A DNA stretch of 64,000 nt from contig OX638151.1 in the NCBI GenBank assembly GCA_951804945.1, forward strand, positions 56,296,001-56,360,000, given 5' to 3'. This DNA is from Podarcis cretensis (taxonomy: Eukaryota). Under the pieces are notes generated by a model, which made no database searches, was not told where the DNA came from, and worked only from the letters and a program-made list of their open reading frames with translations. The translations under genes and the position numbers were made by a program. This document shows, one piece after another, positions 8,680 to 19,095 of this stretch (positions are counted from its first letter, which is position 1; every line of letters begins with the position of its first letter).

Positions 8680-10854
8680 TTTATTTATTTTTTAAAGATT
8701 TTTATTAAAATTTTAAAGGTTACATAAGTCACAACAAAAAAACACCCAATTAACCCCCCAAAAAAGCAATACATAAAAACAAGTCACATCAAAAGAAAAA
8801 GATAAAAAATGGAAAACAGACAAAAAACAAGCAAAAAAATTGCATAAAATCCAGAGAAAAAGAAAAAAAAGAAAAAACAACAAATCAAACCTTTACATAA
8901 CTTTCCTTCTTTAACTTATTTCCTTGACCTCCTCACACCTCCCCTCTTTGTATTCTGATTCAGTTAGATATTCCAGCAAATCCTTCATCCTTGTTTTTAT
9001 CCTAATAATTTATCTTAATATACTGTAATTTTAAATTCTCTTCTTTCACCAATTAATCGTCCATTTTTACTTTATTTAATCTTATTTCTCATTAAAACTA
9101 ATATATTGAACTTAATCTCTTAAGACATTTCCCCTAGGGTCATAAAAATTTCATTCCACAATTTTTCCATTTCTCATTATTATTATTATTTTTTAAAAAA
9201 TTCCTTATATACACTTTAAATTCCCAATTTCTTTCCTCCGTCTCCCCTCCCCAGCCCCTGCCCTCAGTTCCATCAACCTCCCAGCGTCCATCAACCTGGA
9301 GATCTGATATCCAAGGTTCTTAACTCTTCTTCATTTCCCTTCTGCCGATCTTCTTGATAAACTTTGGTGCTAAAAAGCAGATCTCGGGGGAGCTCCATCC
9401 CAACGATGGTTATATTCTTTCTTGACAAGTCTGCCAAGTTTCCATAATTAAAGCTAGGGCCCATAAAATATTCCAAACCTTGTTTCACAGTTCTTCCAAG
9501 TCCAAAGGCCCCCGAAGCTCCAATCTCCTCCTGGCTCAAATTCATATTCCAAAAGTCATTTGATCCCTGCATAAAGGGATCTCTCCACTTTTCCTTTTCC
9601 AGATCAGGCCAGGCACCCAACTTCAAAAACTGGCTTCTCCTAATTACAGTCATATGAGGCCTCAAGTTGTAATCCTCCATTTGCCTCTTTAGGGTTAAAG
9701 CTCCCCCATATTTTGCTTTATATTCAACAACAGCAACAACAGCAACTTTCTCCTTCTCTAATTCATCGATTTGTTCAGTTAAGAAAGGTTCTTGTGCCGG
9801 GTTCTTGTCGACTTCTATGCTGATGCCCACTTTTGTTCCCAAGATATCAATATTAGTAGCCATGACATCTATCTGTTTATGCAGCTTTCCCAGCAGATAA
9901 ACTGTCCTATTCAGAGCAGACGCTACTTCTTCCTTTACCGACATTCTTAAGAAATTCAAGGTCAAAACTAGTTTCTCACAGTCCTTATCTTCAGAGTAAT
10001 TTCGCAGCTGCATACTTGTAACAATGTCCCAAAACTCCCTCTAGAGGGAAGCAGTCTCAATTTGTATCAATCCTTTCCAGCACAATTCCAAAAGTAAATT
10101 AATAACAGTTCCCAGTTACTTTTTCTTCTTTTTAAGTGCAGAAGCAGACAATAGAAACAATGTCTTTCTTTTAAAGCTAGCTGTCAAATTAATGCCAACT
10201 GTCAAATTAAAGCTAGCTGTCAAGTTAAAGCTAGCTGTCAAATTGTCCTGTTTACCGTCGATGGACTTTTTGCAAACCGTTCCCAGGTTCAGAGACGTAA
10301 TGCTTCAATCTTTAATTTTCCACCTTCTCCTGCAAGTTCACTTGGTCAGAATTGATAGTTTCAATCAGTGGAGTTTTAATCCTTTACGCGAGACTTTCCA
10401 AAACCTTAGTTAGTAACTACTTTGCTTCAGTCTATTTACAGAAAGGGAAGGTGGACTTCCTGTTTAGACCTTCCCCGTTCGGTGCCAAATTAAATTATTT
10501 AAAAGCTCAATTTCGCGTTCTACTCACGGGTTGTTGTTTAGAATCCAATTGTCCACAGGAAAAAAGTCAGCGCTCTCCGACAGCGGCAATGCGGCTTCGC
10601 TCCGTGAAATAAGCGGTCAATTCAAAGCACCGCGCCTCTCACCCCACATCGCTCCGGATTCCCGGTACCGGGTCTCCCCACGAGTAGGTGGGCGCAGAAG
10701 GTGCCAGCCGAATCCCAGGTTCACAGACTTCTCCCGTCTGTGATTTCTAAGGATCTCCGCCATCGCCGTGGCGGACAGACCCTGTTTTTCATGGAGCCGG
10801 TTCCTCCCGATCAGAGGAGCTCCGCCATTGCCGGAGGCGCTAACCCGGAAGTCC
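8680..10854 (-). mobile_element. Full-length non-autonomous L1-type (HAL1-like) retroposon, copy B, with intact ORF
   Basis: Perfect 19-bp TSD CAGCATGGCCAATGGTCTA (8661-8679 / 10855-10873). Minus-strand AATAAA (8701-8706) and A-rich tail. 5' end GGACTTCCGGGTTAGCGCC. About 840-nt leader, one 240-aa ORF, about 610-nt U-rich 3'UTR, no RT. Confidence 0.88.
9291..10013 (-). CDS. 240-aa retroposon-encoded protein, possibly a divergent or truncated L1 ORF1p derivative
   Basis: ATG-to-TGA ORF inside a TSD-bounded element, homologous to the decayed frame in copy A and preceded by 633 nt with no ATG. SRKNITIVGM weakly resembles the ORF1p RRM-start motif (R.N[IL]R[IL].G[LV]PE). Confidence 0.6.
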   Translation of the reverse strand: MQLRNYSEDKDCEKLVLTLNFLRMSVKEEVASALNRTVYLLGKLHKQIDVMATNIDILGTKVGISIEVDKNPAQEPFLTEQIDELEKEKVAVVAVVEYKAKYGGALTLKRQMEDYNLRPHMTVIRRSQFLKLGAWPDLEKEKWRDPFMQGSNDFWNMNLSQEEIGASGAFGLGRTVKQGLEYFMGPSFNYGNLADLSRKNITIVGMELPRDLLFSTKVYQEDRQKGNEEELRTLDIRSPG

Positions 10855-11214
10855 CAGCATGGCCAATGGTCTAGAATAGGAGGGATTCTTTTTCATAGCA
10901 AGTGGTCACCAGCTTGGAGAAGGCTAGTGTAACCATCTGGAAAGGTTAGCATAACTATTCACAGGCAAGTTCCACAAGACCTAGTCAAAAACACAATACA
11001 AAGTATTGTGTTACAAAACACCTCACCCTATTCAAAATAATGGTCTCTGTCGGGCCAAAATTGGTTCTGTATCAACTGGAGGTAGCCAATTTGGAAATAG
11101 CATTGGGTAATTTCACAGAACACATGCAAGTAGGTCTGTGCAACTGGTCTGGCCGGATCCCGAACCAAATCAGACAGACCAGGGAAGCCCTGGCTCCCCC
11201 CAGGCTGTCAATGG

Positions 11215-11545
11215 GTGTGCCTCCTCCATGAGAGGTCCAGAGATAATATGAGAATGGGCCTTTTCTGCAGTGGCTCCCCATTTGCCAAATGCTCTCCCCA
11301 GGGAGGTTTAACTGGCACCTTCATTATACATCTTTAGGTGCCAGGAGAAAACATTTCTCTTCAACCAGGCCTTTGGCTGATTAACAGTCTATATGTTTTT
11401 AAATGTATTTGAGGGAGGAAGAGGTTATTTGTTTGTTTTGTTCTTATTATGTATTTTGTGGTTTTATTCTGTATTGTATGCTGAGAACTGTCCTGAGATC
11501 TCCGGGTGAAGGGTGGCATACAAATTTTAATAATAAGAATAAATG
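11215..11545 (+). mobile_element. L2 LINE 3' end
   Basis: GGGCCTTTTCTGCAGTGGCTCCCCATTTG..AATGCTCTCCCCAGGGAG (AFSAVAP.L.NALPRE), then the tail GAAGGGTGGCATACAAAT..AATAATAA. Confidence 0.7.
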
Positions 11546-13297
11546 CAAGCAAGGTGAAAAATGCTTCTTATCACACTCTAATACTTTTAAGTGCTATATA
11601 TTGGACCTTTCATGAATTCCAAGCCTTAAACTAGAGAAACAACAATACAGAAAAGCAAAATGAGCATACAATCAAAGCTTTCGTAGAATCAGAGAAAACA
11701 AAAGTTCCCAACGCACTTGGTTGTACCAATGTGAATCCTACAGACTAACAGATATCTTTATCATAGCTGGATGACTTGTCATCATGCACACTATTTACTA
11801 AATAATACTTTATTTTTAAGACAGTCAATTTAAAATATAAATATGAGAATTTCTATTCATGAAATTAAAGCACTCACACTAAATCCACATTCGATTTAGT
11901 CCAGTTCTGGAGTCATTACAAGCCTTAGATTCACAACAACAAGCCATGCTGTGTGAAAGACCCTTAAAAACCAAAATAAACAATGCTTCCTAAATAAAAA
12001 TTTATAGTACAACATGTTTACAAAGGACATACCCTTTTTCAGGACTTAGAATTATTTCTGTAAGTTGTCTTTATTTGATTTTATAGAGTATACAAAACAA
12101 TTATAACAGATAAAAATTAAAAAAGCACTGAGAAATTTTCTTCTGTTCATTCATGAACAGATTGCATTATTATACTGTACCTCTTAATCTGCTTCTGCTG
12201 CTCTTTTGGCACTGGAAACTTAAAATATTACCAGGTTGAATCTCCAGCTCTTAAGAATCAATACATGCTGCCTCTTCAGGAAAAGGTGTCTGGATCTTAT
12301 GTGTAAAGCCTGAATAGTGAGCTAAAAACATATTCAGATGTACTGGAGGTTCTTCACATATTCCCAAGCAGAGAATCTCAAAGTGACAGCAGACACATGC
12401 TACCAGACTTCTCTGCAGGGGGTGGCAGTTTGAGGTATCAAAAGGATTTTAAAAGAGGGGAGGGACAGGGACAGAGCCTGGCAGGCAGCAGAGGAGGAAG
12501 AATACTGAAACCTCTGGAAACGACTTAATGTCCTTGGCTTCAGTACCTTGTTTGGAAACAGCTTTGGGGATTTTGTGGCACTCTCACCACCAGCTATATT
12601 TCTCACAAAAAGAACTATTTAAAAACATGTAAACATTGAATGATAAATTATATATCTTAACTAAATGCTACAAAAACAGTGAATTCCATTTTGATGCTCA
12701 AGCACATGTGCTTTCCCTCCTCTCTATGAAAACATAAGTAGCTTTAGACCTGTATAAATTAAAGGTGGTGGTGTGCTTTTAATTAATTCATGCTCCCCCA
12801 CTGAGTTAAAGACCTCACACAGGGCAAGCAACTCTCTACTGCAGATAGAAAAGGCTGAGGCGAAAACCCCACTTTGAACAGCCAATTCTAAAAATAAATG
12901 GTGGTCCAGTGCATTTTTTAAAAATCAGAAATTAACTTACAATAGACTCTGTGATGATATGCTACATCAAAAACCAAAAAGCAGGAGTATCTTCTCACAC
13001 ACTTTTTAATAGCTGATATTCTACAAGTAAAGGCTATTGAGGAGCATATGGCTGGAAAAGGCAATTTACCGTAATCTGACCATTTTGATTTGCTCCCAAG
13101 ACCGGATGCTGCAAGCAGCCCACTCAGCACTCAGGACAAAAGAAATCCCAAAATGTCAGTAAACGTGTAAAAGTAAAAAGGTAAAGGTAAAGTAAAAGCA
13201 TAATTCCTCCCCACCCCCAACAATAATCTCAGTTGCCCAAAGAAGAAATGATGACTAGTTTCAGTGAAGACATTTCTGCAATGCTATTCAGGGATAA

Positions 13298-13659
13298 GGG
13301 ACGCAGGTGGCGCTGTGGGTTAAAGCCTCAGCGCCTAGGGCTTGCCGATCGAAAGGTCGGCGGTTCGAATCCCTGCGGCGGGGTGCGCTCCCGCTGCTCG
13401 GTCCCAGCGCCTGCCAACCTAGCAGTTCGAAAGCACCTCCGGGTGCAAGTAGATAAATAGGGACCGCTTACCAGCGGGAAGGTAAACGGCGTTTCCGTGT
13501 GCGGCTCTGGCTCGCCAGAGCAGCGATGTCACGCTGGCCACGTGACCCGGAAGTGTCTCTGGACAGCGCTGGCCCCTGGCCTCTTAAGTGAGATGGGCGC
13601 ACAACCCCAGAGTCTGTCAAGACTGGCCCGTACGGGCAGGGGTACCTTTACCTTACCTT
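13298..13659 (+). mobile_element. Sauria SINE (tRNA-derived), full length and young
   Basis: A box TGGCGCTGTGG, B box GGTTCGAATCC, (ACCTTT)-like tail, 13-bp TSD TATTCAGGGATAA (13285-13297 / 13660-13672), many CpGs retained. Confidence 0.92.
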
Positions 13660-13918
13660 TATTCAGGGATAAGATATGTAAGAAAGTGATGGCAACACCC
13701 ACCTGGTAGTACTCTAGTATCTTAAGCAAGATATATCCCCACCGAATTATTGAACCATTACATTAGGTGTATGCTATGTCTGTCACTGGGGCAGTAAGTA
13801 TCATCCAACAGAATAAATACAGGTAACAAAATCATAGGAAGATTATATTAATGATAACAAGTAGTGTTGAAGCACCTCAAGAGCTTCAGCTATCCTTCAA
13901 TAACTGCTGTCTGTAAAC

Positions 13919-14211
13919 CAGGGGTTGGCAAGGTTTACCTCGCCTGGGCCAGATCACTCCAGTGGAGATCCCTCTGTGCGCCGGATATTGTGTGTGTGTG
14001 TGTGTGAGTGCACGCGGCCGCGATTTCCGGCGTCTGAGCATGCGCAATGCGGTTTTCGGCAGCGCAGAAGTGAGTCCCTGCGCTGTGCCGGTTTAGCGCA
14101 GCACATGGGGACTCGCCGAGCGGGCGGCTCGGTTCGGGGGTGGCTCGTGGGCCGGTTAAATGACCCCCGTGGGCCACTTGTGGCCCATGGGCCTTAGGCT
14201 GCCTACCCCTT
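13919..14211. mobile_element. hAT-like MITE
   Basis: Termini CAGGGGTTGGCAA ... TGCCTACCCCT, subterminal GGGCC motifs, internal (TG)n. No clear TSD. Confidence 0.7.
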
Positions 14212-14429
14212 AGTCACTTTGGTCTGTTAATTCACCTTTGTCTCTCCTCCTTTTAATGTAAGACCTCCGCTGAAATTGTTTCACCTGTTTCCTTGCAATA
14301 GTGGCCACATTCGTATAAAAAAACCCCCATGAATTAAGGGCTATAAATCTCTTTCCTACTTAATTAGGGAACAGAAGGAAATGTAGGACAAACCTATGAA
14401 CTGAGGTTGCAATTTTTTTATCCATTACT

Positions 14430-15880
14430 GAATCCTTTGAGGGTGGAATCCACACCATCTCCAAGGAGGAGGTGGTGGCGCATCCCCTCCTTAAGAGCAC
14501 TTCCCTGGACCCATAAGTGTTAAACAACAATACTCAGTGATGAATTTCCCCCTTTGGGGCAAGGTGATCTAGAGCAGTGTTTCCCAACCTTGGGTCTCCA
14601 GCTGCTGTTGGACTACAATTCCCATCATCCCTGACCATTGGTCTTGCTAGCAAGGGATGATGGGAGTTGTAGTCCAAAAACAGCTGGAGACCCAAGGTTG
14701 GGAAACACTGATCTAGAGGATGGTAGCTGTCTAGCTTCATGAATGTTTGGAGGAAACTGAATATCTGAATCCATTTCAGGCTAGCTTCAGGCGTGGTTAT
14801 GACAATGAAACAATCTTAGCCAGCCTGGTTGTTGGCCTTGTCAGGAAAGAGAAAGGAGTGAGATCCTGCTTATTCTCCTTGACCTCTTGGCAGGCATAAA
14901 TACTACTGACAATGGTACTCTTCTGGAGCAGGTCAGGGATATGGGGTTTGAGGGCCTTGTACTCTAGTGGATCTACCCCTACCTTCAAGGTGGCTTCCTG
15001 AAAGTAGTTAACGCAGTCCATTGTTTGGTGCCATGGGAGCTGTCTCATGGTGTCCCACAAGGTTCCATTTTGTTCCCCATGCTGATGTAAGATGTCATCA
15101 GAGATTGGTAGTGAGGTGTCACCAATATGCAAATGGCACCAAACTCTCTCTCTCTCTCTTACATCTGAATCAGGAGAGGTGATGGAGGTGCGAGACCAGT
15201 GTTTGCAATGGTGGTGGGCTGGATGAAGCTCAAACTGAAGCTCAATCTTGAAAACACAGAGGTGTTAATGTGTTCCTAGTTCTCAAGTCTGGGAGGTGAG
15301 CCTGTTCTGGATGGGGTTATGTTCCCCTGAAGGAACATATCCATAGCTTGTGACTACACTTGGATCCAACATTATCACTGGAGGATCAGAAGGCCTCAGC
15401 AGCTAGCAATCCCTATTTTCAGCTATGCCTACTTCAACTATTACAGACCTTTTGGATAGAGGGGTGTGAAGACTGATCGGACATCTCAAACGGTCAAAAA
15501 TGCAACAGCCACATTACTGCATGGGTTTCCATTTACAACCCACACACTGTTTTTAAAACAGGTTCAGTGATTGCTAGTTTGTTTCTGGGCCCAATCCAAC
15601 CAGCTCACCTAAGTACATAAAGCCCTAAACAACTTAAGACCCAAACAGCTGAGATGCATCTGGGTCAGCCCTTGTGTAGTTTCCGACTTATGCTGAAATA
15701 TGTACCACTTCATTCTGGCCTTTCACACTTGAGATAACTATTCTGGCAAGTCACTTTGCGACTTCAATTTTTCTAAAGTGTTTTCAGTATGTATTGTATT
15801 TTTAAATTGATGTAACCCACCCTCAGACCTCATGGAGAAGGGTGGCTAAGAAACTGAATACATAATAAAATAATAGTAAG
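14430..15880 (+). mobile_element. Degenerate L2 LINE (RT region to 3' tail)
   Basis: Decayed RT motifs collinear with the young L2 at 62706 (GKVI, ETEYLNPFQASFR, LILLDL, GVPQGSILFPML, LKLNLENTEVL), plus an L2 tail AAGGGTGG...AATAA. Confidence 0.8.
14575..14710. mobile_element. hAT (Charlie-type) hairpin MITE nested in L2
   Basis: Near-perfect 136-bp palindrome CAGTGTTTCCCAACCTTGGGTCTCCAGCTG ... CAGCTGGAGACCCAAGGTTGGGAAACACTG with 8-bp TSD ATCTAGAG (14567-14574 / 14711-14718). Confidence 0.93.
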
Positions 15881-18524
15881 AGTTATGAAAAACAGAGGAG
15901 ACTATCTGGAGTTTCCACACTGACAACTTACAAAATGGATGAATATACAATAGCCAATACTATACAGATTGGGTGGGGATTAACCTACCGCCAACCATCC
16001 CAATCAGGGCATATGCTGTGTTTGGTTGCATTTTGCCTGGATATTGTTGGTAAGAAGATCTTGGCGAGATCAGACCAAAGGCCTGTAGTAAAGCATTCTG
16101 TTCTCACAGTGGCCAACCAGACATCCATATCACCCATCAACAAGACGCGAGCACAATAGTAGTCTGCCACTCAAGTTCCTCAGCAACTAGAATTCAGGGT
16201 CTTGTGTCCTGCCTCATGAGGCCTAGCAGCTATCTTTCTAGAGATCCTTACTACCCTTTAGGAATTTTTAAGTATGGCTACAGTATTTTGCTTTATACAA
16301 TTAAATCTCTGGAAATGATAGTAACATTTTAATTTTATTAGCAAATGGAAAATGCGTGGGTGACAACACAAAATATACAAGTTTACTCCAAAATGTTTTC
16401 TATATTTTTGCATACCACAGTAATGTTTTGCTGTAGTCAGCCAAAAACTCAGAAATCTGTTTTCAAGCAACAGCTACAGCTGATTAACAAGGAATTTCAT
16501 TTGCACCCTATCACACTGTACAAATTAATTTATTTTCTCTTCTTTTTTGAAGAATATCTGTTGAATTCATACAGTGCTTCTTCAAAACTGGTTGCTTTTC
16601 TCCTTCGAAAAACACATAAGAAAATGCATACCTTTTAAAAAATTAAGGCATTACAGTATGATTTTAAATAGATACCCTTGGTTTTCTAAGCGTTGTCATC
16701 AAACTCAGCCACTACACTTACAAAGGGAATAAAAGCTTAGCTTATTGTTACAAAAAATAGACCATAATAAAGGTACAACTGAGCAACCAGCAGCCAGAAA
16801 CTATTACTCCAAACAAACAAAATAGCCTCTCAAACTTCTCTCTTTACAGTTCTTTTTCACAGCATCCAAATCAGCAGCTTATCTTTGTCAGTGAATTATT
16901 CTTTCCTCTGCCAGGCAGGAGAGCTACTTGTCTGTGTATACTGCCTGTGTGTTATCTATATATGCATTCCATTTGAATCCAATTTCCTTGCATTACCTCT
17001 GCCCAGGTCAGGGATGAATGGCTGTCAAATTCCCTCAGGAATAAAAAGAAAAACCCTTTCTTCCTGAGGCAGCAAGTTTCAATTCACAGAGCACATGGCT
17101 AATCTACATATGTGAAGGTCACAGCACTTCAGTCAAGGAGGTTAAGAATGGAACAGCTCATGTAAGGGGCTGTCTTAAACATCTTGGCATGGCGCCCAAC
17201 AACTGAGATTGTTGAAAAGCAATAGATAGCTTCTGGCAGCACCAAGAGTAAAAATATTTTGATCATGTGATGCCATGCAAGCAAACCACTTTGCTTCATG
17301 TGAGAAACTTTTACAGACACTAATACATACCACATTTTGAATCAACTCCAGGCACCAGCCTCCCCTCCCCCATGCTTAGTAACTGAGCTGAGGGGGGGGG
17401 GAATAGAAACACTAAAATGACTTCAGTGGAGGCTGATAATTTCCCAAGTTAAAAAGAAATTAATCTTACAGCAAACCCAGGGATATAAATAACAGTTAAC
17501 TATAAACATCACTACAAATATCACCCTAACGGAACTCAAACTGTTTGTGCCACTGAAGTCAATTATCTTCATTTATTTAAAGGGACTGCAAAATAAAATT
17601 AACTCTGTCCACCATAATAATTCCTCATTGTATGAACTCTGCTGAAGTTCTCAGCTCTAATGCCAGATACATTTCATTTTCATATTGTACAGTTAAGGCT
17701 TGCAGTTTCACATACAAATTAGCTTGCACAGCCTGCTGCTTCCATGAAATATGCAAGTGGTCACTTTTAGTGTTTGTTCTCCACACCCAGACTGGAAAAA
17801 TCTATATGCTTGGTTGTCCAGGTGCCTAAAAATTTGATGCTGGTGCATAAGGAATATTTTTACACCACCATTATCCCCTTGCAGGGTTTTTATTTTGCTG
17901 AGTAGGAAAGAATGAAAAGAACCCTAGCTGGGAGGGGATGCTGGTAGTTATAAGGATCACACATTAAATGGAATAGGAATACATTAATTAGACAAAACAG
18001 CACATTTCAAGTCCAAGACATAGGAAACAAAGCCAGAAAATTCTGAAAATGCAGGTCACCAAAAACCTTCTATTTCATTTGAAAATTAAGGGAATGGTAA
18101 CTACATCAGGTGTTTTCTCAGCACCACAGTTATAAATAAAACCTAACTACCTATTCAACTGAAGAAAACTGTTTTACAAGGAACTGAAGGTAAGAAATCA
18201 GCACCAAGTTTACTGGCCCAGCTACTGTATGCTTAGTACCGGGCACAAATCATGATTGCACCTTATCATAAACCATGCTATTAACCCAATATTGAAAGTG
18301 TATTATTACAACACTGAAAGCACATCTCCTGAATTTGGATGCTATACCAAACTGCGAAGAGTCCAGTCTCCCAAATACTCCTTTTTTCTAGCCTATCTTT
18401 TCACCTCTCACAATATGCAATTACATTGATTAGCAATGAACTCCTACACATGCCTACTCAGGAGGAAGTCCCTTTGAGTCTCTGGATAGAGGGTTGCATT
18501 TACCTTGTTGGATCACATCTTGTA

Positions 18525-18739
18525 CAGTGGAACCTCGGGTTAAGAACTTAATTTGTTCTGGACGTCCGTTCTTAACCTGAAACTGTTCTTAACCTGAAGT
18601 ACCACTTTAGCTAATGGGGCCTTCCGCTGCTACCATGTGATTTCTGTTCTCATCTTGAAGCAAAGTTCTTAACCCGAGGTACTATTTCTGGGTTAGCGGA
18701 GTCTGTAACCTGAAGCATCAGAAACCCGAGGTACCACTG
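18525..18739 (+). mobile_element. Tigger-like MITE
   Basis: TA-CAGTGGAACCTCGGGTT ... AACCCGAGGTACCACTG-TA. Confidence 0.88.
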
Positions 18740-19004
18740 TATTTATTTGCTATAAATTGGGACAGATTTGTTCAACTGACCACTTCTTCTTGAGAGGACA
18801 AAAGTCCAGCAATGGTGACAAAACAATCTTTATATTTTCCAAAACATGAGATGCTGGTACGCATGCTCCCAGGTTTTTCTGACAGTTTTCCACAATCCTC
18901 TTTAAACTATTGAGGTGAGGCATAAAAGCAATTTTGGAAAATGGTATAAAGCATTCTACATTGCAATTCTGTGTGTATATACTCAACAAATATATACCAC
19001 AGTC

Positions 19005-19095
19005 ACAGATCTAGTAAAATTATTTTTACTCACAAGTAAGTTCCACTTTGCTCAATGGGACTCACTCCTAGGTAAGCATACATAGGACTGAAACT
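19005..19095. mobile_element. Palindromic Harbinger/Chompy-like MITE
   Basis: Hairpin TTTACTCACAAGTAAGTTCCAC...CAATGGGACTCACTCCTAGGTAAG; boundaries approximate. Confidence 0.55.

Larger units (their letters stand above)
8600..10926. mobile_element. Old hAT-like hairpin MITE split by the copy B insertion
   Basis: Left half TCTTCCCCAACCTGGTATCCTCCAGAGGTTTTGG (~8602-8679). Right half ends CACCAGCTTGGAGAAGGCT (~10925). Resembles the hairpin MITE at 14575-14710. Confidence 0.55.

Noticed and set aside
10171-10244. CRISPR-like array
   Set aside because: Tandem 18-bp units without spacers in eukaryotic DNA; the same applies to the (TAGAATCA)n CR1 tails.
8680-10854. Processed pseudogene of a cellular gene
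   Set aside because: Disfavoured but not excluded: the L1-like 5' terminus, a second diverged copy nearby with its own TSD, and no recognisable cellular protein point to a TE family.
13298-13380. tRNA gene
   Set aside because: The A and B boxes belong to a SINE head followed by a SINE body, tail and TSD; the same applies at 35841, 46228 and 59299.
14575-14710. Pre-miRNA hairpin
   Set aside because: Fully explained as a hAT MITE with TIRs and an 8-bp TSD.
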